Assembly: GCA_024234435.1 (NCBI GenBank)
Contig: JACKOF010000002.1
Location: 61,695-125,694, forward strand
Source: Pseudomonadales bacterium
Lineage (GTDB): Bacteria; Pseudomonadota; Gammaproteobacteria; Pseudomonadales; Porticoccaceae
Length of the DNA stretch: 64,000 bases
Direction: 5' to 3'
The position numbers were made by a program, and so were the translations under genes. Below, in pieces: positions 1 to 9,814 of the stretch; within the stretch, counting starts at the first letter, position 1, and every line of letters begins with the position of its first letter. The notes under the pieces were generated by a model. It was not told the origin of the DNA. It saw nothing but the letters and a program-made list of their open reading frames with translations, and searched no databases.

Positions 1-2550
1 ACCATCATCAGTAACCGTTAGCTCCAGCTGATTATCCACCACCGCCAGCTCCACCAGAATGCGCTTCGCGCGCGCATGACGAACAATGTTGGTAAACGCT
101 TCCTGTGCTATTCGAAAACAGGCTGTTTGGACTTCTTCTGCCAGGAAAGGCAAGGCCGGGGGCAACTTTAAATCCACCTTAAATCCCCTCCCCAGCCGCT
201 CTGCCTGCCGCATGACATACCAGCGCAAAGCGGGGGCCAGACCAAGGTCATCAAGCATTGATGGTCGTAGATTCATCGACAGGTCTCGCACCCTTGCCAC
301 TACCCGATCAATGGACTCCATACCATCTTTCAAGGCCGGCGCCAGTGCTTCGCTGCCGGTCTTGTGCAAAACGGTTTGCAGGTCAAGTTTTACCACTGTG
401 AGCAGCTGGCCAATTTCATCATGCAGTTCCCGAGCGACGTTACGGCGCTCGGCTTCCTGGGCAGACAACATTTTGCGTGAAAGCTTTTCAAGCTGGCGAT
501 TGCTCTCCTGAAGCTCTAGCTCTGCCAGTTTGCGCGCAGTCACTTCCACCACAGCGCCCCGCATTCTTGGAGGTTCGCCCTCGGCGGTGTCTGCCATCTC
601 GCCCCTTGCTGCAATCCAGTGAATGCTTCCATCCGGCCAGATAATGCGAAATTCATGCGAGAACGGAGTTCGATTGGCAATACAGTGCTGCGCCTTGCTG
701 TCAATAGCCTCGATATCATCCGGGTGTATACGTTTGGCAAAAGCCTCATAGGTGCCATCAAATTCGCCATCGAGAAATCCCCACGCCGTTTCATGATAGC
801 GAGACCAAACAATCTGATTACTGGCGATATCCCAGTCAAAAATCCCCAGATGCGCTGCTTCCAGCGCTAAACGAAAACGCTGCTCGCTGGCCCTAAGCTG
901 TTCTTCAGCTTGCTTGCGCCTGGTAATAGTCTCAGAAAAAAGGATAATGCCACCAATCCCTCCGCTCGCCGCCCGCCACGGATGAATCTCCCAGCGTACC
1001 CACTCCTCTTTGCCACTGGCCCGAACGAAGGACTCTTCTTCACATTTTTCTATGCTGCCGGCTAAACAACGCTTGTGCACGTCCTTCCAGTGTGCTGGCA
1101 GGTCGGGAAATACATCATAGTGGCAAAGACCAACAAGATCCCGCTCACCCAGCTCGTAATCAATCAACCAGCGCTGGCTGTAAGCCAGGTAACACATATT
1201 CTGATCAAACATGGCAATTGCCGAAGGTGAATACTGAATGAACAGGCGCAATTTTTCTTCGCTCTCTCGCAACACAAGTTCAGCTGCGTGACGCTCACTG
1301 AGGTCGCGAACAATTGCCATGCAGGAATCTTCATCGATTCGACGCGCGCTGACCTCAGCCAGAAAGGTCGAACCATCCTTGCGGATATGTTCCCACTCCT
1401 CCAGATGTCGCTCACCCGCCATCATTCTCTCAGTGGATGGCCGTAAACGCTTCTTCTCGTCGAATGCCACAATATCGGCAACCCTCATATGCAACAACTC
1501 TTGACGGCTGTAGCCCAGCATTTCTGCACCATGAGGGTTAACATCGAGGTATCGATTGTCGTTAGCAGAGATAATGTAGATGCCGTCATTAGCCTGCTCG
1601 AAGACATTGGCCATCCGGATACGACTCCGCTCCAGAAGCACTTCCGAATGATGCCGACTGATCGCGATAGCAGCAATGCTCGCAGCCGTATCAACCAGTC
1701 TAAACCCTGGCATATCCGGTAGCCCCGGTTCAGAATAATAGACCGCAAAGGTGCCGAGCACTTCACCACCTTTATCAAAAATCGGGGTTGACCAGCACGC
1801 CTTCAAGCCGGACGCCAAAGCAAAAGACCGGTAATCATCCCATAGCGGGTCAAACGTTATATCCTCGACATAAACAGGTTCACGCCGATACATCGCCGTG
1901 CCACAAGAACCTGCTTTTGGTCCGATCGCCTGACCATCAATAGCCGCAATATACTCTGCTGGCAGCCTTGGTGCGGCACCATGGCGGACATGCACACCAT
2001 CTTCTTCCAGCAGTAAAATTGAGCAGATCATTTTTGGATCCTGTTGCTCAATCAGCGTTACCAATGCTGTGAGCGAATCACCAAGCGCTGCACCTCTGGC
2101 AATTTTTTCAAGTATCTGGTTCTGCCCGTAAAGAAACTGTTTGGTTTGCTTCAGTTCCTCAATATCACGCTGTGGCGCCTGACTGTAGAGAATTTCCCTG
2201 CTCGAGAGACGATGTGCAGTGGCACTCAAACTGACATCGCACTTGTCTCCATTCTTTAACAATATCTGAAGCTCTTCACTCTGCGGTTTGCCTGTTTCTG
2301 AGAAATCGCTGAAAACCCTTTCTACCTGCTCACGACAGTCCGGGTGATACAGTTCAAAAATAGGGCGCCCGATAACTTCCGCTTTGGTAAACCCCGTCAC
2401 ATCGCATAAAGTGTTGTTACACTGGGTAATACGCCCGGTATTGGCATCGAGAGAAAAAACCATATCTGGCAAACTACCGGTCACATCTTCTGCTTCCTCT
2501 CCGGTCAAAGCGAGGTTCTTTTTTAAGGTATTGCGCCAGAAAAGCTTCAT
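1..2550 (-). CDS. Sensor histidine kinase, PAS-GAF-PAS-PAS followed by a HisKA_3 (NarX/DegS-type) H-box. The ATPase end runs off the left edge (partial).
   Basis: Absent from the ORF track because it has no stop in the window. Hand translation of the minus strand from ATG (2548-2550) stays open for 850 codons down to base 1. It begins MKLFWRNTLKKNLALTGEEAEDVTGSLPDMVFSLD. It contains a GAF-like block (GSCGTAMYRREPVYVEDITFDPLW), repeated PAS blocks and the H-box ARELHDEIGQLLT near the left edge. Confidence 0.8.
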   Translation of the reverse strand, partial: MKLFWRNTLKKNLALTGEEAEDVTGSLPDMVFSLDANTGRITQCNNTLCDVTGFTKAEVIGRPIFELYHPDCREQVERVFSDFSETGKPQSEELQILLKNGDKCDVSLSATAHRLSSREILYSQAPQRDIEELKQTKQFLYGQNQILEKIARGAALGDSLTALVTLIEQQDPKMICSILLLEEDGVHVRHGAAPRLPAEYIAAIDGQAIGPKAGSCGTAMYRREPVYVEDITFDPLWDDYRSFALASGLKACWSTPIFDKGGEVLGTFAVYYSEPGLPDMPGFRLVDTAASIAAIAISRHHSEVLLERSRIRMANVFEQANDGIYIISANDNRYLDVNPHGAEMLGYSRQELLHMRVADIVAFDEKKRLRPSTERMMAGERHLEEWEHIRKDGSTFLAEVSARRIDEDSCMAIVRDLSERHAAELVLRESEEKLRLFIQYSPSAIAMFDQNMCYLAYSQRWLIDYELGERDLVGLCHYDVFPDLPAHWKDVHKRCLAGSIEKCEEESFVRASGKEEWVRWEIHPWRAASGGIGGIILFSETITRRKQAEEQLRASEQRFRLALEAAHLGIFDWDIASNQIVWSRYHETAWGFLDGEFDGTYEAFAKRIHPDDIEAIDSKAQHCIANRTPFSHEFRIIWPDGSIHWIAARGEMADTAEGEPPRMRGAVVEVTARKLAELELQESNRQLEKLSRKMLSAQEAERRNVARELHDEIGQLLTVVKLDLQTVLHKTGSEALAPALKDGMESIDRVVARVRDLSMNLRPSMLDDLGLAPALRWYVMRQAERLGRGFKVDLKLPPALPFLAEEVQTACFRIAQEAFTNIVRHARAKRILVELAVVDNQLELTVTDDG

Positions 2551-2767
2551 ATTTTTTATTCTATTCCATCAGTGACTCGGCTAACTATAAGCACTTACAA
2601 CCCGTGCCGCTACCTTTCCAAGACCGCAAAAAATAATCCGGTTACAGCCCTTGAGCCGTATACTCACATCCGTATGTACAAACTCGTATGGTAAAGCTAT
2701 GGTATCGCTTTTATCTGGCCACGTCCTTGATCAAAGTACATTAGCGAATTGAATCGAGCCCAACCGC

Positions 2768-3388
2768 ATGAACATACAAAAATTAAAGCGCGCTGAAGCC
2801 CAGTTTTTACAGGTGTATCCACAAGGTTTTTTGCACCCAGACATGCAGGCTATTGCAAAAAAGCACCGGCTTGCGCAGATGTCCTCCTTGACACAGGAGA
2901 GTTTCAGCAAAAAGCAATTCTCCACCCCGCTGACGATCACCGAGAACATGTCAAAAATTATTGGTCGCTCATCCATGGTTTCAATGTTCGAAAAGCCCAA
3001 ATTTCGAGACGCTATCAAAGCAATGGATAGCGATATGAAACACACTCTTGCGAACGGACTGAAAAAACTGTTGCACGGAAACCAGCAACAAGGCTTTGAG
3101 CAGATGGTTCAGGTACTGGCGCATTACAAACTCGCAAAATGGTCGTTGATCACCATTTTGCCAAACTACTTCTCGCCGGACACAGAAGTGTTTGTCAAAC
3201 CCAACACGACAAAGGGGATTATCAGATTTTTCGAACTGGAAGATCTGGTATACAAACCGCAACCAACCTGGAATTTTTATGAACAGTACCGGAGCATCAT
3301 AACCGATATGAAATCACAGGTTGACGCCTCGCTATTCCCCAACAATGCTGCTTTCACCGGATTTCTGATGATGAGCCTGGAAAAATAA
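2768..3388 (+). CDS. Hypothetical protein (206 aa), no recognised domain
   Basis: Clean ORF with an ATG start, divergent from the kinase gene. No motif recognised. Confidence 0.55.
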   Translation: MNIQKLKRAEAQFLQVYPQGFLHPDMQAIAKKHRLAQMSSLTQESFSKKQFSTPLTITENMSKIIGRSSMVSMFEKPKFRDAIKAMDSDMKHTLANGLKKLLHGNQQQGFEQMVQVLAHYKLAKWSLITILPNYFSPDTEVFVKPNTTKGIIRFFELEDLVYKPQPTWNFYEQYRSIITDMKSQVDASLFPNNAAFTGFLMMSLEK

Positions 3389-3411
3389 GCAATCGACACT
3401 GGAAGCCGCTG

Positions 3412-4548
3412 TTATACCTCTTCGTAAATACTGATCTGGTCCGGTGTAAGGCCATTCAGACAATAGTTGATCAGGCGCTCAACCATAGACGACGACATAG
3501 CCTGCCCCTTTTTAACCAGCAACTGTCCATTAGTACTGCGGATATCGTCGGCGATCACCATATTTTCTGACAACTGTGTCACCCGTATGACCTTTACCAC
3601 CCTCTCCGTGCTGGCGCCCATAACAGATTCCAGCGCCTCCAGAACTTTAGGATCATAGAGGTGTTTGTTGGATTTTAATTTTGCCAGCGCTTCACTCTCC
3701 GAAAGCCCTGCACAACCAAAAACCAGATCCAGCACCAGTTTCAGAATGCGGGCACCCTGAGGGATATCATCCCCGGCCACATCGTCGATAGGAATGCCCG
3801 AGCCGTCGTAACATTTATTCTGGTAGCGAACAATTTCCGAAATACCTTCCAACCGGGGAATTTTATCAATTAACTGACCACCAATTTCCGGGTACTTATC
3901 AAAAATAAGCCGTTCGTCTTCCGTCAGCGGATTACCACGGATCACTTTGTCCACCATGCTTTCGGGAAGAGTGACCGCACCAATTTGACCAAGTAATGCG
4001 GCCGCCTCAAGCTCCCACAGGTTGCCAATCCCCATCTGCCCGGCACACTTGACCATGTAATCCTTGATCGTAGGTGCATAGCCAAAAATCCTCGGACTTG
4101 CAATGGAAAGGATCTCAACCATGGCCTGAATACTGCCTTTCACGGTTTCTTCCAGTAGCTCTTTTTCAGCCCTGAGCAAGCGGTGATGGCTGAGTGCAGC
4201 ATTAATGGCTGAGGTCATTTCTTCCGGAGAGCAGGGTTTGTTCAGAAACCGATAAACGTCACCGACATTGACTGCGGATACCACCGTACCCTGATCTGCA
4301 TTGCCCGTTAGCATGATTCGGACCGTGTCCGGGTATTTCTCCTTCATGACGGACAAAAACTGCGCGCCATTCATTTCCGGCATATTCATATCGGAAACAA
4401 CAACCGGAAACGGACCTTCCTTCCCAGCAATCTCCAGAGCCTGTTTGCCACCAGTAGCCGGCACCACATTGAAGCTTTTCCTGAGTGTACGCTGATACGC
4501 CTGCAGGATATTGGGTTCGTCATCAACAAATAGTATTCGTTCAGCCAT
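3412..4548 (-). CDS. Response regulator: REC domain plus a degenerate HD-GYP-like output domain
   Basis: N-terminal REC (FVDDEP, VVVSDMNMP, LNKP). The C-terminal region has HD-GYP architecture, but HD is replaced by GQ (AALLGQIGAV) and HHExxDGxGYP by RYQNKCYDGSGIP. It sits 14 nt downstream of the REC-HDOD gene. Confidence 0.85.
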   Translation of the reverse strand: MAERILFVDDEPNILQAYQRTLRKSFNVVPATGGKQALEIAGKEGPFPVVVSDMNMPEMNGAQFLSVMKEKYPDTVRIMLTGNADQGTVVSAVNVGDVYRFLNKPCSPEEMTSAINAALSHHRLLRAEKELLEETVKGSIQAMVEILSIASPRIFGYAPTIKDYMVKCAGQMGIGNLWELEAAALLGQIGAVTLPESMVDKVIRGNPLTEDERLIFDKYPEIGGQLIDKIPRLEGISEIVRYQNKCYDGSGIPIDDVAGDDIPQGARILKLVLDLVFGCAGLSESEALAKLKSNKHLYDPKVLEALESVMGASTERVVKVIRVTQLSENMVIADDIRSTNGQLLVKKGQAMSSSMVERLINYCLNGLTPDQISIYEEV

Positions 4549-4562
4549 TTTAGGGGTCTACT

Positions 4563-5723
4563 TCATTCATTGTTTGTGTTGAGGAAACTCTCGGTTATTG
4601 CTACCCACTTATTCACAATATCCCGGCCAACGATTCTATCCAGGTAATCAACATCAATAATTTCCGATTCGAGGTCAATCTCCTGATGCTCAGAGAAAAG
4701 TGTATACATGGCCCAGGCAGCATGTGTTACAGCCAGCGGTGACAGGACATCAACACTGCTTAAAGCCGGTTGCTTATGCCACGTCACTGCTTCAACAATA
4801 GGAAAAGGCATGGCCCAGATCCCCATCAGATACCCACCCAGAAGATCGGTATCGAGTGGATCCTCGTTTGCCTGGACCAGCTTATCACCCAGAAAAACGC
4901 CAAGCAAACCACCCAGATTGACCATCATACCCGCTATTTGAATATGGTCTCTGGTGCGTCCGGTCAACTCACAGGCCTTGGCAAACCTGCTTGCCAATAA
5001 CCCGATTTGCTGACCATCATGATTCAGCTTGCGAAGGAAATCATGATCGGCAATAGGCCCCTTGAATGACAGAAAAATGCTGTTGGACAGCGCCAGGTTT
5101 TTGATGGTATCGACCCCCAAAATCGCCGCCGCCTGTCCGGGAGTTTCAATGTGTCTGACCAGAGAAAAGAAAGCCGAGTTCACGAGTTTCAGCAAAGAAG
5201 AGGATAGCGCCATATCTCGCTCAACAATGTTACCCACTTTCTCCAAAGAGGATTTATCGGATGCGATCTCGCGCATTAACTCGTCATATATTTCCGGAAG
5301 CATCGGCAGGGATTCAAGCGAACCCAGCAAAGATTTTAATATTGGGTTAGCTAGCGATTCTTGCAGGCGAAGCCCTCTTTCAATGGTGCTCACCACAATT
5401 TCCTGATCAGCCGGTTTTGAAATAAACTGGTGAGCGGCATGCAGGCTTTCAAGGATCAACTCGTCATTCGCATACCCGGAAAGCACAATCCTCAGGCAAT
5501 CAGGTGAACGCTCTTTCACTTGCATCAACAGCTCGGCGCCGTTCATACCCGGCATCCGCATATCACTGACAACAATATCGAACTTCTTGTCGTCAAACGC
5601 TTTCAACAGCTCATCGCCTGAAGGGAAGAAGCTCAAATCCCACTCTTTTCGGTAATTGCGCAACATTCTGCGCAACCCGTCAAGGACTCTCTGGTCATCA
5701 TCAACAAACGCTATGGTTTTCAT
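4563..5723 (-). CDS. Response regulator: REC plus HDOD domain
   Basis: REC motifs (FVDDDQ, IVVSDMRMPGMNG, ISKP). HDOD-like block follows (LPMLPEIYDELMREIASDKSSLEKVGNIVERDMALSSSLLKLVNSAFF). Confidence 0.85.
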   Translation of the reverse strand: MKTIAFVDDDQRVLDGLRRMLRNYRKEWDLSFFPSGDELLKAFDDKKFDIVVSDMRMPGMNGAELLMQVKERSPDCLRIVLSGYANDELILESLHAAHQFISKPADQEIVVSTIERGLRLQESLANPILKSLLGSLESLPMLPEIYDELMREIASDKSSLEKVGNIVERDMALSSSLLKLVNSAFFSLVRHIETPGQAAAILGVDTIKNLALSNSIFLSFKGPIADHDFLRKLNHDGQQIGLLASRFAKACELTGRTRDHIQIAGMMVNLGGLLGVFLGDKLVQANEDPLDTDLLGGYLMGIWAMPFPIVEAVTWHKQPALSSVDVLSPLAVTHAAWAMYTLFSEHQEIDLESEIIDVDYLDRIVGRDIVNKWVAITESFLNTNNE

Positions 5724-5758
5724 TGGATATTTCCTGTGTACTACTATCCATGTGTCTA

Positions 5759-8002
5759 TTAAAGTTTCTGTTCAGGCTGTTCTTCAGAGTCTGCCCCACT
5801 CTGCTTGACAGGCAGCAGGATTCTGAACGTTGTGCCAACACCGACGGTACTGTCAACCTCGATCTTGCCACCGTGCTTTTCAACAATCATCCGGTAAGCA
5901 AGGCTGAGGCCCTGACCGGTGCCTTTACCAACACCCTTCGTGGTAAAGAAATGGTCGAAAATCTTTGATTTTACCGACTCAGGCATGCCTGCCCCGTTGT
6001 CACTGATTTCAATAGCGATTTTGTCCTCAAGACTTTTAGTCTTGATCCCAATACGTCCCTCGAGGTTGTCAGGGTCATCATATCTTTCAACAATAGCGTG
6101 GGAAGCGTTGACAATCATGTTCAACACCACCTGATTAATATCGCTCACAACGCATTCAACCATCGGCAGACCTTCTTCAAACTCCGTTTCCAGCACCGCA
6201 AAGTACTTCCACTCCGAGCGGGAAATCGTGACGGTGCTGTCGATAGCCTTATTAATATCAGCCAGCTCGATGGATTCGCCAGGGTGGGAGTAGTCCTTCA
6301 TTGCCCGGATGATGCGCGCAATGGATGAAATCCCTTCATAAGACTGAACCAGTGCGGGTGTAATTTCGCCCTCCAGGTATTCAAGATCGACTTCTTCACA
6401 CTTACTTTCCACAGACTCGGCCAGTGCCTGCACACCACTCGCCTTAACTTCCTCACGCAAATCACCAACCAGCTTCAGCACATCAGCCACCGAGTCCTGC
6501 AGGAACACCAGGTTATCGGAAATAAACTGCGCTGGCGTATTGATTTCGTGAGCAATACCCGCAGCCAGTTGCCCCACGGACTCCAGCTTCTGGGCATGCA
6601 GCAACTCCTCTTCTATCCGTTTTTTCTCCTGGCCTGCCTGCTTGAACTCAGTGATGTCCACAACCACACCAACCAGTGACTTAACAACGCCGGACTCCAG
6701 CTTGGCGGAACAAAGCTCTCTCGCCCATATCGTGTTTTCGCCAGACTGGATACGATACTCAACACTGACAACCGACGAATTCGCAGTGATGGCATCAATC
6801 TGCTGTTGCCGCAACTCGATATCTTCCGGGTGTATCTTTTTAGTGAGATCGGCAATATTGCCAACACTGTCTGCCCGCTCTCCCCAGATCCTTGCAATAC
6901 CCTTACTGATGTAGAGGAATTTGCCAGAAGCCGCGTCATACTCATAGACACAGCCATGAATGGTATTAATGATGGCATCCAGCTTGTTTTTCGATTCATC
7001 CAGTTGTACAAGCAGCGTTTCTCTCTCATTTTTTTCCAGCTGCAGGCGGGTCTTGGCGTTCTCGAGGTTAGCTGTGCGCTGGTGAACCAGTTTTTCAAGA
7101 TCACGATTATGAGCGGCCAGCTGATTTCTCAACAGGTAGGCCTTGCGAGAAAAGGTTGCCCCGGAAGCCAGCACCACAAAGGCAACAAACAAAAACAGAT
7201 AGGAATATCGTACTGACCTTTGCAGCTCCGTATCATATTGATCGCGCAATTCCTTCTGAAGCCTGTCTGCCAGTACTGCGAGTCTCTTCTGGAAACTTTC
7301 CCCCTGCTTGAAGGCACCTTCTACAACAGGCGTATTGGCATAAATCACCTCCAGATGCTTTTCAATAAACCCTACAAACTGCTGTACCTCCTGCCACTCA
7401 ACGCCTGTGAACTTTTGCTTGATATCCGCCAGCTCTGCATCCACGTCCTGTCGGTAGACATCGTTTTTGAAATAACTCAATTCAAGCAGACTTTTTTTCA
7501 ATGCCGAAAAGTTTTCCTTCATCGAAGGATGGGCATCAATCATCGGCTGCAGATCATCGATCAACTGAAAAACAATAATTTCAGAATTTCGCAACATCGA
7601 AAAGCTGGTTTTAAAAGTATTGGCAATAGGCGCAGAATCGATACACAGCTTAACCAGTGGCTCGACATCAAGACTTATTTCCTTCTGGTTAACCTTCCAT
7701 GCACTCCAGAGATCAAATGGTTCAGAAGGAGCAGACTTCAAGCTGACAGAGAAGTCTGTCACAACTGCAACCATCTGAAGCTCTTTCTCGGTCAGCTGAT
7801 CAAAGTCGAACCGCCTGCCACTGCGCACTTTATGTGCGGCCACATCCAGCTCACGAACTGTCAGGCGCAACCGTTCAAACCTGTCCTGCCAGGCCACGTA
7901 GCTGGTCTTATAGCGATTGATACTCAGCCAGAAAAAAGTCACCAGAAGAACCGCGACCACCAGAATCACAAGAACCCTGAAAAAAGAAAAATACTTTCTC
8001 AT
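5759..8002 (-). CDS. Membrane sensor histidine kinase (two TM segments, about 240-aa periplasmic region, coiled coil, PAS, HisKA, HATPase_c)
   Basis: N-terminal TM (VLVILVVAVLLVTFFWL) and second TM (YSYLFLFVAFVVLASGATF). H-box AAGIAHEINTP. N/G boxes (VVLNMIVNASHA, DNGAGMP, GKGTGQGLSL). Its ATG overlaps the stop of the upstream peroxidase gene (ATGA, 7999-8002). Confidence 0.9.
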   Translation of the reverse strand: MRKYFSFFRVLVILVVAVLLVTFFWLSINRYKTSYVAWQDRFERLRLTVRELDVAAHKVRSGRRFDFDQLTEKELQMVAVVTDFSVSLKSAPSEPFDLWSAWKVNQKEISLDVEPLVKLCIDSAPIANTFKTSFSMLRNSEIIVFQLIDDLQPMIDAHPSMKENFSALKKSLLELSYFKNDVYRQDVDAELADIKQKFTGVEWQEVQQFVGFIEKHLEVIYANTPVVEGAFKQGESFQKRLAVLADRLQKELRDQYDTELQRSVRYSYLFLFVAFVVLASGATFSRKAYLLRNQLAAHNRDLEKLVHQRTANLENAKTRLQLEKNERETLLVQLDESKNKLDAIINTIHGCVYEYDAASGKFLYISKGIARIWGERADSVGNIADLTKKIHPEDIELRQQQIDAITANSSVVSVEYRIQSGENTIWARELCSAKLESGVVKSLVGVVVDITEFKQAGQEKKRIEEELLHAQKLESVGQLAAGIAHEINTPAQFISDNLVFLQDSVADVLKLVGDLREEVKASGVQALAESVESKCEEVDLEYLEGEITPALVQSYEGISSIARIIRAMKDYSHPGESIELADINKAIDSTVTISRSEWKYFAVLETEFEEGLPMVECVVSDINQVVLNMIVNASHAIVERYDDPDNLEGRIGIKTKSLEDKIAIEISDNGAGMPESVKSKIFDHFFTTKGVGKGTGQGLSLAYRMIVEKHGGKIEVDSTVGVGTTFRILLPVKQSGADSEEQPEQKL

Positions 8003-8970
8003 TTGAGCTCCTCTTCTACTTCACCAGTCAGCGTCAGCAAAAATGCCTCAATTTGATCAACCTGACTCTCAGTGATGGGGCGCCCCAATTGATAGCGAGC
8101 CATAACGCGGATGGCATCACCCAACGTTTCAGCACTGGCATCGTGAAAATACGGCGCGGTGAGAGCGATATTGCGCAAGCTGGGAACCTTGAACTTGAAG
8201 CGATCTTCTTCCTTACCGGTCACATTGTATCTGCCATAATCCGCCTTCTTTATATTCCCTCGATCCTGAAAATAGTTGTCCATAACGCCGAAATACTGAA
8301 ACAGGTTGCCACCCAGATTTTGCCCCTGATGACAGGAAACACAACCCATGTTTTTGAACAACTGGTAACCCGATTTAGCCTTTTCGCTGATAGCATCAGC
8401 TTTGCCATATAAATACCGATCAAAAGGTGAGCTAACCGTGATCAAGCGTCGCTCGAAGGCCGCAATAGCCTTGGCGATATTAACTGCATTGATACCATCG
8501 GAATAAAACTGGTTGAACATCTTCTTGATGCCGGGTTCTTTTTCCAGCTTGCCGATCACTTCCGGCCAGCTGCTGTCCATTTCAAGCGGATGATGCACGG
8601 GATCAGACACCTGCGCTTCAAGACTGGGAGCCCGCCCGTCCCAGAACTGAAAGGGATTCAGCCCACTGTTAAACACAGAAGGTGTATTAATCTCCCCCCT
8701 TTTGCCATCCACACCAACCGCTACCGGCAGACCATCGTCACCGCCTTCCGCGAGATTGTGACAAGAGGCGCAGGAAATACTGTTGTCGCGGGAGAGCAAT
8801 GGACTGTTAAACAGTATCTTGCCCAGCGCCACTTCCTCAGGATAATAGAACTCTCGGTCTTCTATGGGATAAACAGGTTCCGAAAATGCTGCAGAAGGGA
8901 ACACCGAAGCAATCAGCGAGAAACCATGTAAAACGACTGTGATGGAAAATACCAAACCCGATGTTTTCAT
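7999..8970 (-). CDS. Di-haem cytochrome c peroxidase (CCP/MauG family), periplasmic
   Basis: Signal peptide, two CxxCH haem motifs (CASCHN and CVSCHQ) and typical CCP blocks (FWDGRA, PSLRNIALTAPYFHD). Confidence 0.9.
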   Translation of the reverse strand: MKTSGLVFSITVVLHGFSLIASVFPSAAFSEPVYPIEDREFYYPEEVALGKILFNSPLLSRDNSISCASCHNLAEGGDDGLPVAVGVDGKRGEINTPSVFNSGLNPFQFWDGRAPSLEAQVSDPVHHPLEMDSSWPEVIGKLEKEPGIKKMFNQFYSDGINAVNIAKAIAAFERRLITVSSPFDRYLYGKADAISEKAKSGYQLFKNMGCVSCHQGQNLGGNLFQYFGVMDNYFQDRGNIKKADYGRYNVTGKEEDRFKFKVPSLRNIALTAPYFHDASAETLGDAIRVMARYQLGRPITESQVDQIEAFLLTLTGEVEEELK

Positions 8971-9189
8971 GCCGTACTCGTCCTACGTAACAGGTGGGCA
9001 AATTATTATTATGGCCCGAGCATAGCAAAGTAATCAGAACGAAGTCGAACAGGATAACGCTGTTTATTTGACTCACGTCACAAAAAAACAGCAGACGCAG
9101 ACCGGAAACAGGGCCAGGCAAGTTTTATTTTTGCAAAGAAAGAAGCGTGACAATCGAAGACTATAATAGTGGGGAATAAACCCCAAGAA

Positions 9190-9378
9190 CTAACCTGAGG
9201 ATCGCTTGCCCCCGGAAGATTCCTTGTTTTTACCAGCCCGCTCTGCCACTTTAGATCGCTGCTCTTTCCGCTCTTCCAGCACTTCAAGAAACGGAAACAG
9301 ATACTTTTCAGAAAAAAACACGACAGACATAAGCACAACCAGCATTATAAATAACGCTACCGCTAATTCTCCATACAT
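9190..9378 (-). CDS. Possible small membrane protein (62 aa: one N-terminal TM, charged Lys/Glu/Ser tail)
   Basis: ATG preceded by AGGGAT about 7 nt upstream. Hydrophobic N-terminus (LAVALFIMLVVLMSVVFF). No homology recognised and it could be spurious. Confidence 0.3.
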   Translation of the reverse strand: MYGELAVALFIMLVVLMSVVFFSEKYLFPFLEVLEERKEQRSKVAERAGKNKESSGGKRSSG

Positions 9379-9474
9379 AAAAACATCCCTATTTTTAAAC
9401 AGTATTATCGGTTGAGCCTTACGATATCACCTTACGGCAGAATCAGGTGCGAAAGGGCGCGCAATAATACAGTC

Positions 9475-9708
9475 TTAATTGTTAAATTTGTAGTCTCCCG
9501 CTACAAAAGATCGCTTGCCAGCGAGAAGATCCTGTCTCAACTGCTCAATATTCACCATTCTTGACCCTCCAACCTTGACGGTTGGTATCGCCCTGGTTGT
9601 TACCCAGGAACGAATCGTTTTCGTTTCCTTGCCAATCAACTGGGCAAACCGGTCTTGCGATAACAAGGGAGGCATGGATACGAAGTTAATTTTTTCAGCA
9701 AGTTCCAT
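9475..9708 (-). CDS. Small HTH DNA-binding protein resembling phage P2 Cox / excisionase-type regulators
   Basis: 77 aa. The pattern SQDRFAQLIGKETKTIRSWVTTRAIPTVKVGG matches, from memory, the Cox-family pattern (EFAKLIGKS..AVRRMIDKGKLP). Divergent from a C-repressor-like gene. Confidence 0.55.
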   Translation of the reverse strand: MELAEKINFVSMPPLLSQDRFAQLIGKETKTIRSWVTTRAIPTVKVGGSRMVNIEQLRQDLLAGKRSFVAGDYKFNN

Positions 9709-9814
9709 TTGTTAATTACCACTGCGTCAAATAGAATCAAAAACTACACGGCAACATCAGCAAAATTAGAGACTAGCACATTTGTGTTATTAATACACGG
9801 TAATTATTATACCA

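Noticed and set aside
6613-8056. ORFs of 136-278 aa on either strand (6613-7104 minus, 6806-7216 plus, 7220-8056 plus) overlapping the histidine kinase gene
   Set aside because: The minus-strand kinase frame carries canonical TM, PAS, HisKA and HATPase motifs over the same interval. The alternative frames are motif-free and rich in Leu, Ile and Gln, as expected for out-of-frame reading of this gene.
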